Assembly: GCA_009914755.4 (NCBI GenBank)
Contig: CP068257.2
Coordinates: 12,768,001-12,832,000, forward strand
Reading direction: 5' to 3'
DNA from: the human T2T-CHM13v2.0 reference genome, Homo sapiens
DNA length: 64,000 nucleotides
The notes beneath the pieces are model-generated. The model saw only the letters and a program-made list of their open reading frames with translations, made no database searches and was not told the DNA's origin. Positions 41,701 through 55,570 of the stretch are shown here, piece by piece. How positions within the stretch are numbered: position 1 is the first letter of the stretch; the number at the start of each line of letters is the position of its first letter. The position numbers and the translations under genes were made by a program.

Positions 41701-44700
41701 TCTCTGGCTCTAAGCATGAAAAGAAACTTTTAGTTTACACATAAAAGGGGTGCTTCACACACAGGACAAGGAAATGGGAAGTTATAAGGACCCCGGACAT
41801 TATCTCCCTGTACATCTGTTTTCTTCTCAAGCTGGTTTTTATCACTCAGTCAACACCATGGGGAAGATAGCCACTTCACAGGCCTTGAGATCTCTATCTT
41901 ATTTTAGGAAAACGGAGCATACTAAACCAAGGGCGTTTCCCTCTCAGTTCTAAATTCAGCAGGAGAGGATTTTATTGTCTCAGCTCATGTCAAACAAGTA
42001 CTTTTCCTTGAATTAATTAGGGGAAGGGGGTTTGGTAAAGAAACATATATGTGGCTGCCAGGAAGATCCTCTCACTGCCTCTTCATCTTCTCTACCACTA
42101 TGAATGAAAGAAGCCAGTCAAGAATGATTACCTAAAGGACCTTTGACCACTGTCAAAGACCTGAACTTTCATAGCCACACCCGAAAGTAAAACACAACGT
42201 ATGTTCTCAATTGATCTGCCTTGTAGATGCTTGTCAAGAGGGGTTTTACCTTTGTGCCAATATAGAAAGTAGGACCCAAAGCTGTGGACAAGACATACTC
42301 TTATTACCATTTCTTTGAAATTTAGACACTGTTACTGACTTTTTACTGCAGAAGAGAGGGATTTTACTCCCCTTCACAGCCGACATCCTTACCACACCAA
42401 CACTCATGCCTGTTCCTCTCTCCTATTCCCACATTTATATGCACCACTGTCACACAGCACATTTCCTGTTTCCACAATATCAATTTTGGATAGAACAATA
42501 ATTCGTGTTTATATTATTATTAATATGTAAATGTTATTTACATAGAACTATGTAAAATATAGCATAAGCCAGAATTGGTTAATCCATACTGTAGTAACAA
42601 TCAACACCAGAATTTCAGTGGCTTTCCGTCGTGCAAAATCAGCTCCAGGTTCAAGTGACTCTCCAGGGCATTTGTCCTTCATGCTTGACACAGCTATCCA
42701 GAATGTTCTGATCTTGTGGCTGCACCCACTCAATAATAATTTCAAAGGGAAAGGAGAGAGAGAAGGGAGTGGAAAATCCAGGGGCTTTTCATTGCTTCAG
42801 ACCAGAAGTGATCATTTGTTATTTTTGCTCACACTTAATTGACTCAAACTAGTCACATGGCTTTGTCTAATTGCATGGATATTGGGATATGAAATTTTCA
42901 GGAGGGAAAACTGAATGGGATATTGGTGATGTCTATTACATGTCAGATTACTTTTTCTCTTTTTTCCACTTTTTGTTGAGTTTAAAAATTCCTGAAGGTT
43001 ATACTTATTTTGTTATTTTGTTTACTCATATAAAATATGAGTTTCATCTACTTGACCATATCTCCCCTTTAGCATTTTGACCAGTTTCAATCTCGACTGG
43101 GTTTTCTCCATAACAGTTTTGGAGTTGTTTTCCTGGGACTCTTTCTGCCTCTCACTTTGAGTTGATCCCAAATATTCCTCTTTTGGTTTTACATCTTCAC
43201 TTTGATGGAGCATGTCGTACATGATTTCTTGAGATGGGTACATTGGAGGTAAATTTTTCAATAACTCATATATCTAAAAATGCATTTCTAAATTTCATTT
43301 TTATATCTAAAAATTTCTTTATTTTACATCATTTTATTTTTACTTTGAGATTGTGGCTGGATATAAAAATCTAGTTTGAAAATAACTTTTTCACAGGATT
43401 TTAAAGGCATTTTTTTGTTTTATCTCTTGTAAATAGTGCTTCTGTGGAGAAAGAGCATTTTTATTCTGGTATTTTATGTCTTTTTCTTTTTCCTTTTGAA
43501 ACTCTTGTAGAATCTTTGTTTCTAGCATTTTGAAAGTTTGCAATGACGCTTAATGTGTATCCATTGCATTGGCCACTCAATGGGTCTTTCAAATTGAATG
43601 ACTCTTCAATTCAGAGAAATTTATAGAAAACAAATTTAACTTATTTTTTTTCTCCTGTTAACCTTTTGGTATCTCCTATTTTGTGAATATTGTACCTCCT
43701 ATACTGGTCCTATAATTTTCCTATCTTTTCTATTTTATATTTAGTTTTAAAATATCTTCTTTTAATGTTTTTACTTAATTTTTAATTTCTACTTTAATAT
43801 TTTAGATTTCAAAAGTCTCTTTCTTATGGTTTTTTTTTTTTTGTCTTTTTTTTTTTTTTGGTAGAAGTGGCAGTTCTTGTTCCATGGATGAAATAACTTA
43901 TCTTTTTTTCTCTGAGAATATTAATAATGCTTTTCCCCCATCTCCTTGAATAGATTCCCTTTTCTTCAAGTTTCATATTGCTGTTGGCTTATTTTGGTTC
44001 GTTTTTCATGTTAGAAACTTTCCTCAGATATCTTGTGATTTTTGGATGTATGCTTATGTATGAGGATTGCTCACTATAAAGCTGACTGGAATGTTTGTAT
44101 GTATGTGTGTATGTGTGACTTATTGATTATAGGTTTAACTGTAAACTGTTCTTATTAGGTGATCTCATAGGGGATCCTAAATCAATAGGTTTAGATCTTT
44201 TTCTTGTAAATAGCTCAGATTCTTCGATAAAAATTCTCTCATGCATGGATGGTATAAATCTGTCTACCAGCATCCCTAGAGCTAGGAGGAAAAAATAGGA
44301 CTGGGGATTTCAATATAAATGTATAGACTTTTACTTAGTTCCCATGTTTTCAGTACAGAATACTTGGTTCAAAGTTCTGGTATTGGTATCTCTTAATTCT
44401 GAATCGCTCTGCACTACATTCCACATTCTAAATCTCTGGTATTCTGCCAGTGTGAAAGTGGCACAGATCTTTGGCTGAGCAGCATAGAAGGGGAAATCTT
44501 GAAGTCTTATTGCCTCTCATACAGGCTTTCAATAAGTCCTCTTATTCCTAGTTCACATTCCCTTGTACTTCTACATGTTAATGGTCTCCCCTAGATTCAT
44601 GAGATTTTTGAGAGTGTATGAAGCAAATTGAATAATTTTTTTTTCAAATCTACTTACTGCTAGCTTAGGATTTAGCTTCCTGGGGTCTCCAAATTATTTC

Positions 44701-46299
44701 TTACTTATTCTGCCTTCCCAAATGTTGTGATTATTGTTTTTTTCCCTATGCTGTTTTTCTAAGTTGGAAAACCCCTTATATTGACACTTAAAATTGTATT
44801 ATGAAAATTTTCAAGCATGTACAAAATTTTTAAGCATGTAAAAAGTACAGAGATAATAATAATAATAAGCTTCTATGTACTCACTTAGCTTCAACAAGCA
44901 CCAATATATTGTCAATGTATTAATCAACCCCTCTTCTCCTCCTATTCCAACTTCCCACTAGAATGTTTTAAAACAAATCCTAGACACACATAATTTAATT
45001 TATAGGTAATGCTCACATTAATGTAACAGGTAAAGACTTAAAAAACCTAATTGTAAAACAACATCAGTAATTATTTAAGATAACCTAGTACCAAAATCCA
45101 TTTCAATTCTCTCTGATAATCAGAAAAAGTTGTCTTCTTACTTTTCTTTCTTTTTTAAAAAAATTAGAATCTTCATACTGTCTGGCTGATCAGCAAGCAA
45201 GCATAGTTGACCCAGTCATCAAACATGAGAAATATGACTGCTGTATCTCCACCCATTTCTGTGGAAGGTTGGTGGCATAGGTAGACATGACCACATGCCC
45301 ACGACCACTTCAGGAGTCTTCGTTTAAGTCTTTTACCCAAGCACATTTGTTGACAGTGTCTTTAGTCATGCTCAGAAGTGTTATGATTTGGACAAGAAAT
45401 TATGTAGTCACTCTACGCATATGGACAGGTCCTATCACCAATGGAGAAAGCCCATAAGGAATTTTAATACTTTATTTTCTCTACAAGTCTTAGGTCTTGC
45501 AAAGGCCCTACTTTTTAAAATGGGCTCACAATATCCATTCCTCTTCTTTTACCCACTTCCCATTTGAAGAGGGGATTGAATAGTCAGGTTACTTTCCTTT
45601 ATAGTGTGTAGCATGCTCTTGAGGTATTGCTCAATGTCTTCAGTCCAGAACTTCAGTCTGGGCATGGAATTCTCATTCTACAACCCTAAACTTGAAACAT
45701 TGACCTTGGGTACAAATGTGAGATTCACTAATTTGAGGGTGGAGATGATTCATAGTACAGTTATTATCATTCTTTAATTAATTACCTGAACAGCTCCTTG
45801 TGGCCTGTTCCATCTCCCAGACCCTGTGCCTTTTGTTCTTTGTGTGATTTGGTGCTTAAAAAAAAATCATTTATTTTGAGCTCTTCTTTGTTTGTAAAGG
45901 ACTTATAGTTCTGCAGCTATGTTAGATTTCATTGTCAGTCTGTTCCCACTTGCTTCATATTATCTTCCAGGAATTCTTTGCTTTTCTGGTTTGTGGTGGT
46001 GTAACACCTGACTTTCAAGTGCTTTTATGAGTTTACTTTTTATCATTTTACTTACTGTGTCATTAGAAAAGGGATTTGAGGAAGCAGGGAAGGAAGCTTA
46101 ACTCAAGAGTGTTCGGTAAGCCATCATGAATGAGAACCTCTATGTGTTTTTTCTTATTATTACAGACTTCTTGAAATTTTATTTCAATTTTTCTCCAGTT
46201 TTATATATATTATTTATTTTATATTATATATATAAACTTGCAGAGACAATCTTCCAATAGAAAATCTACTGAATATGACAACAGATGTGCATAGTCATA

Positions 46300-47200
46300 T
46301 GCGATCTATAACTGCTAAAATCTCTCACCCAAGAAAAAAGAGATGGGCTTATTCTCCACGATTATAAGGAGAAGTTCTACTAGAAAATTAGAATTCTATT
46401 CAAGAAAGATAGATAAAACTGATGTGATTCAGAAAAATGCAAATAAAAATGGTAATTAATTGCCACTACACTCTCACCAGAATGGGTAAATGAGAGAGAC
46501 TGATATCACCAAGTGTTGGCAAGGATGAAGAGTAACCAGAATTTCTTTACCAGATGGTAGGAGTAAAAGCTGGTAAAAACCATTAGGAAAACTGGCATTG
46601 TCTACTAAATCTGAGCACACACAAATCCAGAAATTTAACTTCTGAGTTTATATCCTATAGAAATGCATATATAAGTGCACCAAAAAACACTTAAGAGAAT
46701 GTTCATAGCAGTATTGTTTTTCAGAAGCCTGAAACTGGAAAGAACCAAATGTCCATCAACAGAAAAATGAATAAGCAAATTATAAATACCCATACATTAG
46801 CATACACAGCATATTAATACTATATAGCAATAAAAATGACAAACTGCTGCTACATACAACAGAGCTCAATCTCACAAAAGTTATGTTGAACAAAATAACA
46901 GACACAAAAGTGTACAAAATTGTATATATTGTATGATACCATTTAGAGAGTCTGAGAGGAATAAAAAGTAATCTATGGCATTAGATATCAGGACAGTAAT
47001 TACCTTTGGGGAGAAGGAAGGATATTGGGTGATGGAAATGGGTACAAAGTGAGACTTCGGGTGTTGGTAATGTTCTTTGTTGTGTTATCATGGAAATTTT
47101 ATGAGTGTGTTTAACTTTTGATAATTCATCAAATGATATACCAATTTTGTGCATGTATACAATTCTTCAATTAAAAAGCTCCAAAAGAAACCAACCTGCT
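46300..47200 (+). mobile_element. Old L1M-type LINE-1 3' fragment on the plus strand, covering the ORF2 C-terminus and 3' end
   Basis: The translation MQIKMVINCHYTLTRMGK...SPSVGKDEE..EFLYQMVGVKAGKNH.ENWHCLLNLSTHKSRNLTSEFISYRNAYISAPKNT.ENVHSSIVFQKPETGKNQMSINRKMNKQIINTHTLAYTA..Y.IAIKMTNCCYIQQSSISQKLC.TK.QTQKCTKLYILYD matches the L1M ORF2 C-terminus. It ends ...caattcttcaattaaaaagc. Confidence 0.75.
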
Positions 47201-49348
47201 TAAAATAAATAAATGTCATTATATCTAATATAAATGAACCGATCCAATTCCAAAATTATTACATTTCTGTATTAAGCTTATTAATACTCTTTATTTGCAT
47301 GGTAGTCAACAATTTTCAGAGCATTCTTAAGTAAACTATGTCATTTAGCTTCATGCCATCATAATGAATTATTATACATTTAATTTTAGATTTGTTTAAA
47401 AAACTGGAATAATTCTTTCAGAGAGTTGCCCTGTGACATTTGTGGCAAATAATAGAGTTGAGACTAGAACCCAAGGCTATTGAGTCTTCACATACCTTTC
47501 ACCGTACTTACTGATCCTGTAATCTCAGGATCTTGAATAGATTTTTTTTTTCTTATGTTTTATTCCCTCAGAATCTTTCTGTTAGACAGCGTATCCTAAA
47601 AAACCAAACTAGGCAATTTATTAGTGAATGTATGAGTAAATCACATTGTAAAATAGGTGCAAACCAAAAATAAAATTCCAAGCTCCCCAGCCAACTGACT
47701 GGAACCCCCTCTCAACCAAGGAGATTCCAAAGAAACCTGAGAAACTAGTTCAGGCCGTGATAGGAAGTGAGGGTCAGACGTGCTTCATTATACCCTGTCC
47801 CTTCTGGAGTGTTCAGGCACAACTGACCAGCATTAACATTAAAACAGAGATATTAAGACTGACAGAACAGACTCTTTGTAGCAAGAAGATACTAAATTCC
47901 AACCTGACTCCAATGTAGCATTACATGACAGATAGCAGATCCTGGAGGAAATATACATCCCAAAATATATTTCTTTGTCATATTTTGGAATGGACCCACA
48001 GAGCTGTCTCTTGTGAGGGAAATTTGAATTCTGTAAAGACTCTCCTTCCCTTATTAGGTCTTTACCAGAGAGTCTGGCACCTTTTAAGGCCCAATTAGAG
48101 ACATTCACGTCTATTCTCTCTGAAGCCTGCTACCTGGAGGCTTCATCTACATAAGAACCTTGGCTTCCACAACTCCCACCACCCTTACCTTAACTCAAGC
48201 AGATTTAAACTCTTTAGACAAAGCTTAATTCTTTCAACCAACTGCCAATCAGAAAATCTTTTAATCTACCTATGACCTAGAAGCTCACCCTGCACCCCCT
48301 TCCCAAGTTGCTTCAAGATATCCCACCTTTCTGGGCTGAACCAATGTATACCTTACATGTATTGATTTATGTCTCTGCCTGTAATTTCTGTCCCATTAAA
48401 ATGTATAAGATCAAGTCGTAATCTAATCACCTTGGGCTCATGTTCTCATGGCCTCCTGAGGCCGTGTCACGGGTCACAGTCCTCATATTTGGCTCAGAAT
48501 AAACCCCTTCAAATATTTTACAGACTTTGACATTTTTCATCAACAGGAGCTTCTTTAAAAAATTCTCTCACCCACAGGTAAGATAGGTACCAAGGCAGCT
48601 TGATCACAGTGGTTTGGAATACTTTGTTTTCTGACTATGTTATTTTCAGATATGTGGCCTTCAGATCACATTATACTAGTGAGTAATTATGCTTGTATGT
48701 AGACTGAGGTTGGTTTGAGGGAAAACAATCATTAACAAAATAATGCATTTGTTACTTGGAATTCTAGAAGTTTTCTGAGCTCAAAGTACAGGGCAAGAGA
48801 AGTGGAAAGAGGTCAAATGTAGACATCTGAAGATATACTCATCTCGCCACAGGTATGCTGGGATTTTAAAGCACCATCCTGCAGTTTACACTTAAGTTCA
48901 ACTACCTGATAGGAGGTATATAGTAGGAAGAGCATGGAGAATACATGTTCTAACTTGGGATGAGATTGGGAATGTTCAGGAGATGGAAGAAGTGGGAGGT
49001 AAAAATGAGAAAGCAAGGAGGCCAAATGTACTTTTAAAAGCCAGAGGGTTGTGCTCATTCAAACAACCGGGCAATCCTCCATTATCAAGAATGCAAGACC
49101 CATTGTCCTTTTCTTTCTCTTTCAAGTTCCTTGTAACTTAAGCTCCAAATTTTTTCTTCGTATCTTAATTTCCTCTTTAAGTTTTTCCTTGATTCTCTTA
49201 GTCCATTGTCTTCATGTGAATGATATGTCCTTGCTCTGGCTGTATTTGCTATACACTCTTGAGAGATTTCTGAATTTATCCTCCATTTCTAACCTTGGAA
49301 ATCTACAAAGAGAGGCTTAAATACAACTAAGCCATGCCATATAATGAC

Positions 49349-49382
49349 CAAAACAAACAAACAAACAAACAAACAAACAAAG
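49349..49382. repeat. (AAAC)n tetranucleotide repeat of about 8 units
   Basis: Direct reading shows aaaacaaacaaacaaacaaacaaacaaacaaag. Confidence 0.95.
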
Positions 49383-49569
49383 CATGGCTAGGCACTGGTT
49401 TGTTTTGTTTATGTTTCCAAACAATTTTAGATTGTTTGGAAATTATGGTTTTATAAAAGGAAAATGAACCAACAATTTTACAGTGCTTTCTAGAATTTGT
49501 AAACATGAAAGACTTCTCAATGGAAATCAGTTTATAACTGTAACTGCCCAACGGGTTCACCTTGCCCAC

Positions 49570-50110
49570 GGCCTAGAGAGAGCCCATTTATCAAGACAGG
49601 GGACTTGCAATTGAGAAAGAGTAATTCACGCAGAGGCGGCTGTGTGGGAGACTGGAGTTTTATTATTACTCAAATTGGTCTCCCTGAAAAGTCGGATACG
49701 GAAGGTTTTAAGGATAATTTGGTGAGTAGGGGCTCGAGAAGTGGGGAGTGCTGATTGGTTGGATTGGAGATTAAATAATTGGGGGTCAAAGTGGGTTCTT
49801 GATGGCTTCTGTTCCTAGATGGGATCTCAGAACTGGTTGAGCCAGATTACCCTTCTAGGTGGTGTCTGTCATCTGCTGCATTGGAGTGCAGGGTCTGCAA
49901 AAGATCTCAAGCATTAATCTTAGGCTTTACAATAGTGATGTTATTCCCAGGAGCAATTTGGGGAGGTTCAGACTCTTGCAGCTGGAGGCTGTATGACCCC
50001 TAAACCATAATTTCTAATCTTGTAGCTAATGCGTTAGTCCTACAAAGGCAGACTGGTCCCCAGGCAAGAAGGGGGTCTTTTCGGGAAAGGGCTATTATCA
50101 AATTTGTTTC
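49570..50110. mobile_element. Unclassified LTR-like interspersed repeat, probably an ERV-class LTR; family not assigned
   Basis: It reads gcccatttatcaagacaggggacttgcaattgagaaagagtaattcacgcagaggcggctgtgtgggagactggagttttattattactcaaattggtctccctgaaaagtcggatacggaaggttttaaggataatttggtgagtaggggc...gtgctgattggttggattggag. I recognise this as a recurrent human repeat consensus, but its name is not recalled with confidence. Confidence 0.4.
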
Positions 50111-52274
50111 AGAATCAAACTATAAACTAAATTTCTTTCCAAGGTTATTTAGGCCTATGCCCAGAAATGAAAAAGGACAGATTAAAAGTTAACAGGAAAA
50201 TGGAGTTGGTTAGGTCTGACCTCTTTCACGGTCGTAATTTCCTCAGTTATGATTTTTGCAAAGGCGGTTTCATAACATTCAAACTTAATGCCCATATGCT
50301 TCTGTCAGATCAACGGTATAATCAGGGAAATAGTTTACTAAGAATGCGTGTCACTCTAAAATGGTACCTGAACCTTTTGTCATCCACAGCATAATTTTAA
50401 CAGCTTTGATAAGGGACATTTTTCCCAATCAACCTTTGCTACTCTGAAGACATGATACAAATTTTTGAGTAAACAATGTCTAAATCAAAGTGCAATGTTT
50501 ATTCTCAAATACATATTTAAGTCAATGTAGTCTTTTTAGTTTGATTAGATGTGAATTTCTCATACTTTGTGCTATATTAAGAAATAACCATCTAAGTTTT
50601 TCTCTTTTTGTTCACCTAAACATTTTCTTCTCCTACATTAAGATACACAAAGGCAGTGAATTATAATTTGTTAATGGTGATCATAATAACTCAATACATG
50701 AGAAATTCAAATTTTTTTTCATTTCAATACAAATAAGTTTTCAGGACAGGCATACAGAGAAAAACTTGAGTGCATTCTGCTTTGTTTGGCTCATTTAGAA
50801 GAAAAACTGTAGCAGGTAAAATCGGTGGGGAAAAATTAGACAAGTTTATCTTTTAAAAATTATTTTCATTGTGGAATAATACATGTTCACATATAAAAGC
50901 ACAGAAAGGCCTAAACAAGAAAAGAAATGTCTAGAGAACCATTATTAATATTTTTCTATTTCTGTATAGGTTCTTCCCTATATATACATACATATAGTGT
51001 GTACTTGGGTGCCTGTATTTCATATATATGCACACACATAGATATACACAGAAACACAGGATATGTATGTGTGTATATATGCATTCCTACAGCTATATAT
51101 TCTGTTTTACAATTCTTAAAAATTAACAATAAAAGATTAGTAAATTCTAATGCTACAATATACAATCTGGAAAAAAGAAAAATCAACTATTCCTTTACTG
51201 CACATCTTATGTTATTAAGCATTTACTATATGTTGCTTCTGTACTCAGTGCTGTGGTCACAATTTCTGCCCTAGAGAGCCATCAATTTAACAGAAAGATT
51301 AAACAGACAATTTTGCAAGAATGATAAATTCTGTAGTAGAAGAATGCCCAGGATGATATGGGAACACACAGCAGGGAATTTAATTCATACTGGAAGTAAC
51401 CAGGATGTTTTTTCAGAAAAGGTTCACATCTGAGCTACGTATTTAAGGGTCAGTATGAGTTTCGGTGAAGGAGGTGGGTCTAGATATGGGGAGGTAGGTG
51501 GCAGATCAGCTTGAAAGTTACGAGAGTAGAGCACATTAGAAAAAGTGAAGGCAGTCTCCCATCACCACAGGATAGGGTAACGAGAGAGGTGTGGTGAAGT
51601 GATGAATGATAAGGCTAGAGAATTAAGTAGGAACAGATAATTAAAAATCAGTGTAAGTGTTTGAATTTCATTCAGAAAGTACTTGAGAGCTAAGGAAACA
51701 TTTTAAACTGGGCAGTGGTGTAATCAGATTTGCAATTTCGAATGCTCTACTGAGCAGTCTGGTGAGTGCATTGGAAAAGATGAAGTATAGAGTTATGGAG
51801 ACTAGTGAGAATTGATAATGATTCTGTGAAAGGAGATAAATACATACATATACTGAAGAAGAGGCAGTGGGGAGGAAGGGGAAGGGGTAAACCTGACGGT
51901 TAAGTTTTGACAGTAATATTGCTGGGACTGAGTGATTGTGTGTGAAGTATGAAGGAGAGGAAAAAGACAATGGTAATATTTGGATTTATAATTTGAAATC
52001 TAGATGGATGATTGAGCACTGTAGAGAATAAGATTTTAGAAAGAAGATGAGTTTCATTTTGAACAGATTGGGTTTGAGATTCATGTGGAACATTCAAAAT
52101 AAGTCATTAGGTAGAAGGGCTGAGCTGAAAATTTAGAGTGGCTTGGATGACAGATCAGTGTATCTCAACTTTGTTATACATAATAAACAGCTTTTAAAAA
52201 ATTTTATCGTCTATGCTACATTCCACACCAACTAAATCAGAATCTCTAGGGGCAGGAACCAAGCATTGACATTT

Positions 52275-53187
52275 CTTTCTTTTTTTTGTTAACTTTTATT
52301 TTAAGTTTAGGAGTACATGTGTAGGATGTACAGGTTTGTTACATAGGTAAGTGTGTGTCACGGGGTTTGTTGTACCAATTATTTCATTACTCAGGTATTA
52401 AGCCTAGTATGCATTAATAATTTTTCCTGAGCCTCTCCCACCTTCCACCCTCCACCCTCCAACAGGCCTCAGTGTGTGTCATTCCCCTGTATGTGTCCAT
52501 GTGTTCTCATCATTTAGCTCCACTTGTAAGTGAGAATATATGGTATTTGGTTTTCGGTTGTGCATTAGTTTGCTAAGGATAATGGCTTCTAGCTCCATCC
52601 ATGTCCTGGCAAAGGACATGATCTTGTTTTTTTTATGGCTGTGTAGTATTACATGATATATATGTACCACATATTCTTTATCCAATCTATTATTGGTGGG
52701 CATTTGGATTGATTCCAAGCCTTTGCTATTGTGAATAGTTCTGCAGTGAACATACGGGTACATGTATCTTTATAATAGAATGATTTATTTTCCTTTTGGT
52801 GTATACCCAGTAATGGGATTCCTGGGTCAAATGGTATTTCTGACTTTAGGTCTTTGAGGAATCATCACTGCACTGTCTTCCACAATGGTTGAATTAATTT
52901 AATTTACACTCCCATTAACAGTGTATAAGCATTCCTTTTTCTGCACAACCTCTCCACCATCTGTTATTTTTTGAATTTTGATAATAGCCATTCTGATTGG
53001 TGTGAGATGGTATCTCATTGTGGTTTTGATTTTCATTTCTGTAATGATCAGTGATGCTGGGCTTTTCTTCATATGCTTGTTGGCCACATGTATGTCTTCT
53101 TTTAAAAAGTGTCTGTTCATGTCCTTTGCCACTTTTTAATGGAGTTTTTTTTTTTCTTATACATTTGGTTAAGTTCCTCATAGAACG
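52275..53187 (-). mobile_element. L1PA-type LINE-1 3' fragment of about 0.9 kb on the minus strand, 5'-truncated
   Basis: T(12) is followed by gttaacttttattttaagtttaggagtacatgtgtaggatgtacaggtttgttacataggtaagtgtgtgtcacgg, the reverse complement of the L1PA 3' UTR end. Minus-strand ORFs 52899-53295 read ...[11 protein letters not shown]...[17 protein letters not shown] and match the ORF2 C-terminus. Confidence 0.85.
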
Positions 53188-55354
53188 CACTGACATTTCA
53201 AAAACTCCTTGGATGGTTCCAGTGGGCATCCCAAGATTTAGAATCACTCTCCCAAAGAGATGACATAGACCAGTGGATCTCAATGTTGATTCCACAGTAG
53301 AATCATTTGAAGTGCTTTAAAAATTCTCAAGATGCAGGTCATGTCGTGCAAGCATTAAATGGGAGTATAAGGAGACAGAGCCCAGATAGTAATATTTTTG
53401 ATACCAGCTTTATTGAGGTATAATTTGCATAATATATAATTCATCCTTTTGAGGTGTACAATTTGATGTTTTTTAGTATACTAAGTTTATATGGACAATT
53501 CATATCAGTGGTGTTATACGATATATGTTCTCAAATGTGGCTTTAATGTTGAATTGAAATAGGAATAACAAACATCCTTGTCTTGTTTCTGATCTTAGAG
53601 GAGAAGTATTCATTTTTTAATGATTAATTACAATGTTAGCTCTGGGTGTTGTTAGTTTGTTGCTATGGATGCTTGTTTGTTTATTGAGTTTCCTGAATTA
53701 ATTGTGAAGAGTCTGATTTTCTGTCATGCATACCCCTCAATATCTCTGATCAGTTAGCTTAGCGGTCAGCTAATGACTTCACATAGATTTCTTTGAATGC
53801 ATTAAACTAGTAAGTTGCTGTCATTTTGCTGAAGGGCTTTGGGCGCGTGTGTTTGAGGGGAATATTTCAACACTCCAGCAGGCAGTTTGAAAACTCTTCT
53901 TTAGCCTTCGTTTCCTGCTTGTGCAAAGCCTCAGACTTATCCACAGGTGAGAGATTAAGGCCTTCCCAGGTCTTTTCTGCGCTTGTGCACATCCCTGCAA
54001 GTGCATATGATCTTCTAGAGTTCCAGGAATATGTTAGATATTTTCAACACTCCATGTGAAAATCTCATCCCCTGGTTTTTTCTTTTAAAGTTTTTGGTCT
54101 GTTACTTAACCCAACTTGTGTCACTGCCTCAGCTGCACAATTGAATAATTGCCACTGATTGATTTTAACAAATTCCTTAAGGACAGGGCTGTTCATACCA
54201 AACGAGCTGCTGCCTCAAATTTGAGTCAACTGTCAGTCACATCAGATAAAAACAAGCCCTGAGAATGAAAGTGCTAGTGAGGTGAATAGTGACAGTTCTC
54301 TAGGGATAGGATTTTCCAGGAACTCCAAACCCATTCACTCCCTCCCAGTGGCTCCTAGGCTTCTGGAGTTTACAGTTTGTGTAGCTTTTGGTTGGAAGGC
54401 TACCATGGACATAGGGAGGGGGAATAGGGCAGATTTAAATGCCACAAAGCTTGCTGTTTTTACCAAGGGCCAGTTGATCTTCTGGAATAAATGTTCCTCA
54501 AATTCTCGCAAGCCTTTGCTTAATTGCTAGAGTTCTGGCAAAATTAATTTTTTTCCTTTTTCAGTAGTATTCGCTGTCTTTTTTTTTTTTTAATGGAGGA
54601 GAGGATTTATGGAGGTCTGCACTTTGCCATTCAAAAGGGTTTCCTATTATAATTTGTATACCACCTTATAGATACCCATGTTCAGGAAAAGTTGAAAAAC
54701 ACTGGTTTTTACAGAAAAGAAGATCAAGGGCCAGATTCTAGAAAACACAAACATTTAAGACCAGGAAGAGGAGGAGGAGCAAGAGCTTATAAATAAGGCA
54801 GATAAGGAATGGTTCTGAAATGAATGGGCTTATAAAAAGTAAAAGAGAAAAGAGTTTTAGGAATAGAATAATTAAAGCTATTGAATGCTGCCTACACAGA
54901 TTAGAAAGTTGATTGAAAAATACTGATTTGAATTATCTACAAAAAAGTCACTGAGATTTTTTTTTAGAACAACTTCAGTGGAGTGATGGGGCAGAATCCT
55001 GACTACAGTTAAGTTGTTACATAAATAGGAGGTTAAAAAAGAGAAAATAATTATAGGTAACTCGGAAGGAGCCGGACTGAGAAAGGAAGGGGAGAGAATA
55101 TAGGCTGGAACAAGACATGAAGTAAAGAAAGTTGCATTCTCCCAGGGCTCAGTTTAACTGCTCTATTTATTATTCATAAATTTTCTTTTTGGTATCTGTT
55201 CTAGACCATAGGGCTATCACTAGTCATTTGGACTTGTGGGTGAGGAGAGTGACCTTTCTCCCATTATGTAATGAAGAAATGTAATCCTAAATATTAGTCA
55301 TGGCTCTAAACAGATTCTCAATGAAATGGTGGCGACAAATAATAACTGGACCTA

Positions 55355-55570
55355 TGAGGGGCAGTAGACTGAAGCATGCATGAAGTCTGAGAAAACTGAG
55401 ATTAAATCCCTGCTTCACCACCCTGCTGGTGCTAGCTGTATGACCTTGACCTAAAATTACTTAGGCTCTCTTGACTTTGCTTTCCTCATGTGAATAATAA
55501 CACTAATCATTCAAGATTGTCATGTGGGTTAATTGAGATAATGCCCAGTCTTGGCAATAAAGAGAACTCC
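55355..55570 (+). mobile_element. MIR SINE on the plus strand; ancient
   Basis: It reads ...ctgagattaaatccctgcttcaccaccctgctggtgctagctgtatgaccttgacctaaaattacttaggctctcttgactttgctttcctcatgtgaataataacactaatcattcaagattgtcatgtgggttaattgagataatgcccag. This parallels the MIR core ...tagctgtgtgaccttgggcaagttacttaacctctctgtgcctcagtttcctcatctgtaaaatggggataataatagtacctacctcatagggttgttgtgaggattaaatgag. Confidence 0.7.

Noticed and set aside
42595-42960. Possible MLT1-like LTR (cagaatttcagtggctttccgtcgtgcaaaatcagctccaggttcaagtgactctccagggcatttgtcc...) overlapping the 74-aa ORF at 42618-42842
   Set aside because: It is only motif-level similar to MaLR LTRs and too diverged to call without alignment. The ORF is not supported as coding.
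53390-53720. Possible older L1 fragment on the minus strand (agctttattgaggtataatttgcataat...gaataacaaacatccttgtcttgtttctgatcttagaggagaag...gttagctctgggtgttg)
   Set aside because: It resembles the L1 ORF2 antisense region (..PDLRGKAF.FSPLSMMLAVG..), but the match is short and diverged. It is probably real but is left off the feature list for lack of secure boundaries.
53820-54010. The sequence cacaggtgagagattaagg, a 5' splice-site-like motif (CAG|GTGAGA), within overlapping ORFs at 53821-54059
   Set aside because: GT-AG-like motifs occur by chance every few hundred bp. There is no paired acceptor, no ORF with sensible composition and no conservation evidence available.
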